DNA of 64,000 nucleotides from Eledone cirrhosa. Taxonomy: Eukaryota. The position numbers and the translations under genes were made by a program. The notes under the pieces were generated by a model, which worked only from the letters and a program-made list of their open reading frames with translations, did no database searches and was not told the origin of the DNA. Positions 54,810 through 64,000 of this stretch are shown here, piece by piece; positions within the stretch are counted from its first letter, which is position 1, and each line of letters opens with the position of its first letter. Location of the stretch: NCBI GenBank assembly GCA_964016885.1, contig OZ024743.1, forward strand, positions 36,580,001 through 36,644,000, written 5' to 3'.

Positions 54810-55015
54810 CTGTGGCATTTTAAGCCTGGCGGAGTCCATCCCTCTCCAGGCCTGAGTAAAGCAGGAAGAATCGACTCCAGTACTAGACTGCTACTTTTTT
54901 TAATCGAAAGGTAAAGTTGACCTCGGCGGGATTTGAACTCAAAAAGAAGAGAACCTGAACAAATACTATACAGCATTCTATCCGACGTTCTAACGACTCT
55001 GCCAATGCGCCGACT
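54810..55015 (-). mobile_element. tRNA-head SINE
   Basis: TGGCAGAGTCGTTAGA A-box-like, GAGTTCAAATCC B-box. Confidence 0.7.
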
Positions 55016-55225
55016 ATGAATATATATATAACAAACAAACAAACACACAAACAAACACACAAACACGCACGCAGACACACACACACAAACAAACACACAA
55101 ACACGCACGCAGACACACACACACAAACACGTTCACACACACATATATGTATATATATATATGTATATATATATATACACACAAATATATATCTCTTTCT
55201 CTCTGCATATGTAGCGAAATCGTAT

Positions 55226-55300
<75 letters not shown>

Positions 55301-55304
<4 letters not shown>

Positions 55305-56250
55305 TTTAAAAGAATAGGACAAGAAACTAAGATAAAACTTTAAAAGAATAGGACAAGAAACTAAGATAAAACTTTAAAGAATTGGACAAGAAATAAAAAA
55401 TTTTACAATAATATTAGTGGCAAAATTTTATTGGTAAAAAATCGAGTTCCACATTCATAGGCTCTGGGTTCCACATTCAGAGGTCGTCGTCAGACCGGGG
55501 GGATCATTTGATCCTGGTTTGAACACCAATTGGGCCATAACCATTTCATCATTCGGCGAAACGCCTCATGTGTCATGCATAATGTGAATGGACCCATGGG
55601 CCCATGAGCACAGATCTTGAGCAGCAGCGGACGGTCTTGTCGTCCCGCTCATCCTTGATCTTGACCAACCCGTCCATCTTCTCCTTGCATCTTGTCCTTG
55701 AGTTCAAGTCCGGCAGTCCAGATGAATGCGTGCCACAGCTTTCTGGTACAGGAAGGGGGAGCAGGAGGACTGGAAGGATGACGGGACAGAGGGAGGGAGG
55801 ACCGGTGGTTGAGGGAGGTGCCGTAGTCGGTGGTCAGAGTCGACATCTTGTCCCGGTCGTCTTCTCCATCTTCGTCTGGTGTTGCGGGACCAGAAGTGCA
55901 TTCTTGGAGGAGATCTGCAGCTGCATCGGCCAATTCTTCTTGCAATGGTCATTCTGACGGAGCAGAACTGCTCAGTCAACCAACCCCAACCAGAACCAAC
56001 CGCTCAGGGGCAACGCACAATGAGAGCATGACAATTATTATGCACTAATCAAGAAGATACTGGGGCATAGCACAGGAAACGAATAAAAAAATGTTGCCAC
56101 TAATATTATTGTAAAATTTTTTATTTCTTGTCCAATTCTTTAAAGTTTTATCTTAGTTTCTTGTCCTATTCTTTTAAAGTTTTATCTTAGTTTCTTGTCC
56201 TATTCTTTTAAAGTTTTATTTTAGTTTCTTGTCCTGTATTTTTAAAGGTT
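55301..56250. repeat. Inverted repeats built of 33-bp tandem units flanking a GC-rich insert
   Basis: 55301-55425 is the reverse complement of 56094-56220. Confidence 0.85.
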
Positions 56251-56574
56251 TATATTCCAACAATATTACTTTTTTTTGCTGTACGCATTTTTCTATCTGG
56301 TCTACTATTTTTTAAGGCAATGCAAGCAACAACTATCTAATAATTAAATGATCATAGTGAATTACTGACAAGTCATTGACATTTTAAAGTTCTTTTGAGT
56401 ATAATTGCAATCTAGTTGAGGCAACTGGCTTAATGACAAAGCTAGTAAATCATGAATGCATTTGAGATGATTAGTGCATAATAGTGAATTGGTGAAACTT
56501 GTGCATTTCAATGGTGTTACAACAATAGATGTAAGTTATATAGTAGTAATACTTTATCATTTTAACTTTTTAGA

Positions 56575-56934
56575 ATGGACAAAAACCCATGCAAAGAAAT
56601 GACTTTGACTGCAGTGATTCTCTCCAATTTACTTACAAAGCAAAACGTGGTCAAATACCTTATCATCTCTGATAAAATGCCCATTGAATCACTGAAAATC
56701 GGATGCATGGAATTCCTCATAAAATGCACCTATGAATCGGAAGCCATCACATATATCAATGGATATAGGGAGTTGTTCACACTAGAAGACCATCACTTCA
56801 TTTGTGACTTCATCAGTTATCTCCACGATTATCTCAGACACCCAATGCCATTGATGAGAGGTGATCCATTGTGTGAGAATGTAACTAATCTTATAGAAGT
56901 TGTTATCGACCACCTGGCTTTTAGTGACATTTGA
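56575..56934 (+). CDS. 119-aa protein with a BACK-domain-like N-terminus
   Basis: LSNLLTKQNVVKYLIISDKMPIESLKIGCMEFL resembles the SPOP-type BACK pattern; preceded by a 43-nt GTAAGT..TTTTAG intron (56531-56573). Confidence 0.5.
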   Translation: MDKNPCKEMTLTAVILSNLLTKQNVVKYLIISDKMPIESLKIGCMEFLIKCTYESEAITYINGYRELFTLEDHHFICDFISYLHDYLRHPMPLMRGDPLCENVTNLIEVVIDHLAFSDI

Positions 56935-57114
56935 CTGATTTGACTGATAATGATGTATTTTTAAAAAGTATGTGTACATTCTTGTTACTATTTTAGGGCA
57001 ATGCAAGCAACAACTATTTAATAAAATTTAAATTTAAAAATGACCATTGTGCATTACTAGTATGATGACATTTTATTAAGTCACACAATTATTCAGTCAG
57101 CCATAGAACAAGGA

Positions 57115-57910
57115 TCAGGTGGCAAAAACATTGGCAAAAATTTGTGTCAATTTAAGATTTCCAACATTGTTCAAATGAATCATATCTGGTTTGAAGTCAG
57201 ATTTGTCAAATTCTGACCAATTTTCAATGTTGTGAAGATTGGGCAATTTCAATTTTTGAATCATTTCTTTCATGCAGTAATTAAACTTTTCCAAACGAGA
57301 ATTTCTCTTGCCCAAGTCATTTTTATTTTCAATTACACTTTGTGGACGTGGAATGACACCACTGTAGAAAATGGGTGTACAGTGGTGCTTTTCCGCTATT
57401 TTCTGAAGCCTTGCAAAGAGACTCTTCCTCTGTTTTTCCGGTTTTGTGCCTCGAATGGGCACTTTGTCCTTAATTTACAAATAAATGATTAATAAAAAAT
57501 ACTTGGGCAAAAATTATTGTATTACTTTGCACAGCTTTGTAGTGCCAGCGGTGCGACGAGGATTCAGATCATTAGAGCCGACATGAACCACCAATACTTT
57601 CACAAAAGGACAACAGATAACAATGTTGGCGATTAACATTACCTGGCCCTGACGAGCCCCAGGTATACAAAATATCTAAGTATTTTTGTTGGTATGATAA
57701 GTAAATACATTTGAATTAATATTTTTATACCTTCTGGTCATTCGATTTCGCCACATTTCTAATTATGAATTTGTAAAAACTGGCATGAATGTGAATTTGA
57801 TCAGTCCAATTGCCCGATTTTAGTGAAAAGTTTTGATTCGAAATGGAAATACTCCATTTCCGTGCCATGGAAAAAATGAATAAGCCGATCAAAAAGCCGC
57901 GAAACATCAT
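57115..57910 (-). CDS. Spliced SGNH/GDSL-hydrolase-like gene, 3 exons, 227 aa
   Basis: Exons 57731-57910, 57526-57675 and 57115-57468 joined by phase-0 GT-AG introns; motifs CIPGA, VVHVGSND, SGVIPR, DMIHLN..G. Confidence 0.75.
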
Positions 57911-59089
57911 TTTTAATTAAGCGAAATTAGTGGATGCAAATCTCAGAAAATATTGTACACTATTTGCACCTATCGCACTATTCGCACCTATTGGTACAAA
58001 AATATAGCGCACTATTCGCACCTATCGGTACAAAAAATCGCACGACTGTTAATAATACTAGAAGTGCAAACTATCTGTTGAATACCTGGTATATGAAGAG
58101 CAACCGATACGATCGGTCGGCGATCGGTCTTGAAGAAGAATGAAGAATGAAGTGAAATTTTGGTCTGGTTGTTGTCATCGGTGTTTCGCAGAGATGCCGG
58201 CACGAACAAAGGTGTCAGTGACACAAAGTTGTCCGCTTGAACAAAGGTGTCGGTCCGACAAAGGTGTCAGTCAGACAGACAGTCAGACAGTGTCACAGTC
58301 GGTGCGACAAAGCGATCGATGCGATTAAAAAAAATTTAACTCACATGTTTACCTATATTTTCGCAAACTATTGATAGATTGGTACAAAAAATAGCTTTGA
58401 TAATAAACATAAATTTTTAGCGAAGTATTTAAAAAGCATTTTAGCAGTGAAAAGTGAAGTAATGTTTCACACTGACGCAAGTAGGGCCGTTCAGAAATGA
58501 CGTAGTCAATTAGGAGGAGATGATTCGGCGATTTGACTACATTTGACTAACGTAATCACAATCACAAGAGTTCCGCCGAAAAAATTCGTCATTTCTGGAT
58601 TACCTCCCCTAGCGTCACGCTTACTACTCACTCACTTGAACACAAGATTTATCAGCAAACTTTGATTATAAACTTTTTCCCGCTGGACCAAATTTCTAGA
58701 TTTTTAAGCCAAAAGATGCGTAATGATCGACTGTTCATGCTCATATAAGTTTTATCTCAATTAAATAAAGTAGAGCCGCGCTGTACCGTCGTAAACAGAC
58801 GATTGCCAACGAAAACACGACCACAACAATATTACTAAACGGACTACCGTCCGTTTAGGATATATATATATATATATATATACATATATGATGGCTGACC
58901 CCTCGTTATCGAATATGGCCATTGCATGATATACCATTATTAATAATTATTAATTAATTCTATCGTGCAATGCCTGTGCATGAAGATGTTTTTTAAAGTG
59001 AGAAAAGACTGTGCACTGAGCCAATCCCACTCTCTGAGCGACAGTAGCTATAACCCGAAAAGAAGAAAAGTTCAACATCATCAGTAACT

Positions 59090-59179
<90 letters not shown>

Positions 59180-59184
<5 letters not shown>

Positions 59185-59599
59185 AAAGTTCTATTTAAAT
59201 TGTTGGGATACAACAAGCAAATATTTTTATAACTGATATAAAGCACTCAACAAATAATTGGAGTAAAAATATGATATTGACAAATGGAAACTATATTTAT
59301 AAAACCATATTTATTTCATTATACATATTTCAAGGACACCAAGTTAAATTATGGTGGGCTTTCATCAGATAAAATATAATATAAAGCAGTTTTATAAATA
59401 AATATTGACATACCCTTAAAGAATGCAACCCTTACTGTAATGGTTGCATTCTTTAAGGGTATGTCAATATTTATTTATAAAACTGCTCTATATTATATTT
59501 TATCTGATGAAAGCCCACCATAATTTAACTTGGTGTCCTTGAAATATGTATAATGAAATAAATATGGTTTTATAAATATAGTTTCCATTTGTCAATATC

Positions 59600-59600
<1 letters not shown>
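59180..59600. mobile_element. Fold-back HHR repeat, family of 4081-4375
   Basis: HHRs at 59312-59376 - and 59496-59560 +; arms 59275-59430 and 59445-59598. Confidence 0.82.
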
Positions 59601-59667
<67 letters not shown>

Positions 59668-59789
59668 ATACTTTGGGAGGGTCATGTTGCCAATGTTCTT
59701 ATTGGCAACATGACCCTCCCAAAGTATAACAATATCGGTTTCAACACACGTTTTCAGATAAAGAATCTTGCTAAACAAATTCAGAAACG

Positions 59790-59834
<45 letters not shown>

Positions 59835-60650
59835 AATTAATATAAATTAATATATGATATACAATAAATTAATACAGTTTTCCTGTCTCGATTTAAAATA
59901 ATAAATCAATAAAAACAAACCCATATTGGCAATAGCCGTGATACCTGGACAAATTTGAATTTCAAAACCCAAATCCGTCTCGCAACAATAAGTGAAAATT
60001 CCATTTCTGTGCTCATCTGCAGGTATCCAGAAATTGGTATGTTTCACCTCAAAATACTTAGGAGGGCTGAGAGAAAAATATGTTTTTGAACGCACATGGT
60101 GTCTCAGCGCCTAGCCAGTCCTATACTCGTGCCGCTAGAAATAACATCCGTTTTTATGGGACTAAAATTTAGCTCAACAAATGGAGCCGTTAATACTATA
60201 TATAGAGTTATAAACTCAAACAGTCTTTTACAATTAAATAACTCAAAGAAAGAGATATTTCTGAGCCGTGAAATACAAATTAATATAAATTAATATATGA
60301 TAAACACTAATACAATTATATAAGTGCTTGTATTGCAAATGACCAAGTTAGCTATATTGAAAAATACTAATTAAATTAATACAGTTTGCCTGTCTCGATT
60401 TAAGATAAAAACCCATATTGGCTATTGCCAATATGGGTTTGTTTTTATTGATTTATTATTTTAAATCGAGACAGGCAAACTGTATTAATTTAATTAGTAT
60501 TTTTCAATCTAGCTAACTTGGTCATTTGCAATACAAACACTTATATAATTGTATTAGTGTTTATCATATATTAATTTACGGCTCAGAAATATCTCTTTCT
60601 TTGAGCTATTTAATTGTAAAAGACTGTTTGAGTTTATAACTCTATATATA

Positions 60651-60794
<144 letters not shown>

Positions 60795-60853
60795 GTATAT
60801 ATAGATATATGTGTGTGTGTATGTGCGTGTCTGCATAACATATGTATATAGTC

Positions 60854-60889
<36 letters not shown>

Positions 60890-61089
60890 GACTATATACA
60901 TATGTTATGCAGACACACACATACACACACACATATATCTATATATACATATATATGTATATATATGTATATATGTATATATGTATATGCATATAGATAT
61001 ATTACATAATATATGTATATGTATATATATATATATATTACATAATATATATATATATATATATATAACTTTGATAACTTTGATATGCT

Positions 61090-62362
61090 TCGGCCAGTAT
61101 TGGCCCAGGCCATGTCTAACTTAATAGCACCACCACTGGCGAAGTCTTACAAATGAGGGTTTAGGCACCATGGCCCACTCGAGCAGAGAGTTATTGTTTA
61201 CGGAGGCATATCCGGGATTTCTTGAAGGAATTTGTCCAAAGACTTCATGAACTTGATGGGGTCTGTTTCTGCTTTGATGTGTTTTGGTGTAATGTTAAAG
61301 AGAGCAGGGCCAATTGAGGTGAAATAATTGTGCCGTATTGTTGTTATGAGATGCGAGTGAGAGTTTTCTCGTGGGTGGATAGTACGAGGCCCAAGCCTTG
61401 GGTGTACTTTAAAAGTGATGCTAACATTATTTGGGCAAAGCTGATGGAATATTTTCCATATCATACATATAATGTAGCGCTACGGCGACGTTGGAGAGAA
61501 TAAAGGTTGAGCTTTTCTAATCGACTCCAATAGTCAAGGCCTGTCATGCCATCTATCTTTTTTGTAATTGACTTTTGGGGTGCTTCAACTTTCATGATAC
61601 TTTGTTTCGTGTGGGGAGACAACAGTACTCAAGGTGGGGTCAGGCAAAAGTGGAGAAGAGAAGGATAACAGTGTGGATATCTCTCGACTAGAAGGTTCTG
61701 AGAATCCAGGAACACATTCAGCGAGTCATGTCAACTTTGGTGTTTATATGAGTGGCCCAGCTTATGTTGTTGTCCACAATTTCTCCCAGGTCTCTGATGT
61801 TGTTGGATGCCACTAGAGTTTCACCCGAAGGAAGAGAGTATGGTAGTTTTAGGGCATTCTTTTTTCCAAAGTGGATTAATTCACTTATCCTCATTCAGCA
61901 GCATATTATTCTTTTCTGCCCATTGGATAACAGCCAGTAGGTCTGACTGAAGGCAAGGCTGGTCACCCACCTCATTGATGACTCTTTGGAGCTTGGAATC
62001 ATCAGCGAAGATTCTTATGTTGCTGTGTTTGATGATGTCAGTAATGTCATTAATGTAGATGATGAAAAGAAATGGGCCTAACACAGTGCCTTGTGGGACG
62101 CCACTGCTGACTTTGGCAGGGCTTGACTTTACTCCTTCGACTACAACATGTTGGGTTCTGTCTGTGAGGAAACATTTGATCCACTGTAGTAGCTTTCCAG
62201 AGACACCAATATTGGGTATTCTTTTTCAGTAGAATCTTATGATGAACCCTGTCAAAGGCCTTGCTGAAATCAAGATAGATGACATCAGTGTTGGAGCTCT
62301 CTCCCAAGGCTCTCAAAACATCGTTAAAGTGATGCAGGAGCTGCGTTAGGCAGTCCCTTCCA
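61090..62362 (-). mobile_element. CR1/L2-group LINE RT and 3' end, frameshifted
   Basis: [20 protein letters not shown]; [19 protein letters not shown]. Confidence 0.88.
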
Positions 62363-62373
62363 TATATATATAT

Positions 62374-62422
<49 letters not shown>

Positions 62423-62514
62423 TTTATACGTCTGTATACATATATTATGTAATATATATATGTGTGTGTGTGTGCGTGTGTGTGCGTATGTGTGTATGTA
62501 TGTATACGTCCATA

Positions 62515-62610
<96 letters not shown>

Positions 62611-62641
62611 TATATATGCATATGTATATATATATATTTAC

Positions 62642-62672
<31 letters not shown>

Positions 62673-62735
62673 TATAATCAAGGTTTAGCAAATAAGATAA
62701 AGTTTCAAAATAAATTTTTAAAAATTAACTTTACT

Positions 62736-62780
<45 letters not shown>

Positions 62781-63114
62781 CATATGTATAGTAATTGTAT
62801 ATATACCTATATATATATAGTGTCATTTCTATAATATGAAGAGTGTGTTTAACTCCAACACACTCTAGTATTTCAATTCTTATATATATATATATATATA
62901 TATACAAGTGGAAGCTTAGTAAAATCGGAGCTTTGGCTGTGGCCAAGCAAAGCCGACATACAATAAGGAATGAGTAGCAAAGCACTCAATCGGGGTAGGT
63001 CCTTAGAGTAATAACATTACGGTAGGCAAAACCCAACCATACAATACCAAAAACAACGAAAGAACTAATCAGGAGGTATATATACATATATATATATATA
63101 TACACCCACATACA

Positions 63115-63185
<71 letters not shown>

Positions 63186-63340
63186 ATATACTGTATATAT
63201 ATGTATATATACAGATATATGTATATATATAAATATTTCCAAGAGATGTTAACATGAATGGACCTATCATTTTTATCTAAAGACATTTTTTTCCAATTCC
63301 ATCCCGCCCGTCGCCTCAGTCTATCTTATTTCTCATTCTT

Positions 63341-63377
63341 TCTTTCTGATGAAGCACTAGCGTCCGAAACGTCAAGA
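63341..63377 (+). ncRNA. minimal hammerhead ribozyme
   Basis: tcttt-CTGATGA-..gtcc-GAAA-cgtc-aaga; GUC cleavage triplet, ACGT palindrome. Confidence 0.75.
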
Positions 63378-63540
63378 CCCTCTTCCTGCTATATCAAGCG
63401 TTAACCTAATATATCCCTTCCATATACGGTATACGATTGTGTTGTTATTCCTGTTTACCTTTTACATGTATATAAATATCTATCTATATATTTATGTATA
63501 TATATATATATATACATATATGTGCATTTACATATATGTG

Positions 63541-63587
<47 letters not shown>

Positions 63588-63634
63588 TGGTGTGTGTGTA
63601 TGTGTGTATAAATACATATATATATATATATTTA

Positions 63635-63694
<60 letters not shown>

Positions 63695-63697
<3 letters not shown>

Positions 63698-64000
63698 GTG
63701 AGGGTTTTTTTTACAAAATGAAAAACAACCGAGATGTCCTACACGAGTGAAAGTATAAAGAAAAAAAGATGAAATCGAAAATGCAAATGTAGTCTTATTT
63801 TTTTTTTAAATATATATATTTATTTGGTTCCTTTACCAGTTTCGCAGTTCTTCTGCTTTGCAAAAGTAGAGTTGAGATGGAAGGTCTGTGGTTTTTCTCA
63901 CATATGAGAAAAACCACAGACCCTCCATCTCAACTCACCTTTTGAAAAGTAGAAGAACTGCGAAACCGGTAAAGGAACCAAATAAATATATATATTTTTT
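63695..64000. repeat. Repeat with perfect-apex fold-back; family also at 16184-16325 and 23005-23140
   Basis: 63805-63903 is inverted from 63904 to the window end. Confidence 0.8.

Noticed and set aside
55301-55400. CRISPR-like 33-bp repeats
   Set aside because: Contiguous tandem units without spacers, eukaryotic context, no cas genes
55455-55500. CTGACGA on the minus strand as a hammerhead in the SGNH cassette
   Set aside because: No correctly placed GAAA or closing stem

Overview
AT-rich, microsatellite-saturated eukaryotic DNA with no conventional host gene. The (TA)n/(CA)n/(GA)n density and the SINE/RTE families suggest a coleoid cephalopod such as Octopus (inference). Nearly all ORFs in the supplied track are microsatellite artefacts. 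Real content: a near full-length RTE LINE (~18.2-22.0 kb); a decayed autonomous Helitron with nested non-autonomous Helitrons (30.1-36.6 kb); four Penelope-like elements (PLEs; three with Naiad-type GIY-YIG and/or RT signatures, one of another clade); CR1, RTE and RLE-type LINE fragments; many tRNA-head SINEs; and MITEs. Two things stand out. (1) About 28 type-I hammerhead ribozyme (HHR) motifs, read by eye, from roughly a dozen short repeat families embedded in (TA)n tracts and often arranged as fold-back inverted pairs; one family carries a fixed CAGAAGA core variant. (2) A 55.3-58.9 kb cassette with an intact three-exon SGNH-hydrolase-like gene (55- and 57-nt introns) facing a BACK-domain-like ORF and ending in a Helentron-like hairpin. 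All coordinates were read manually; repeat boundaries are approximate.
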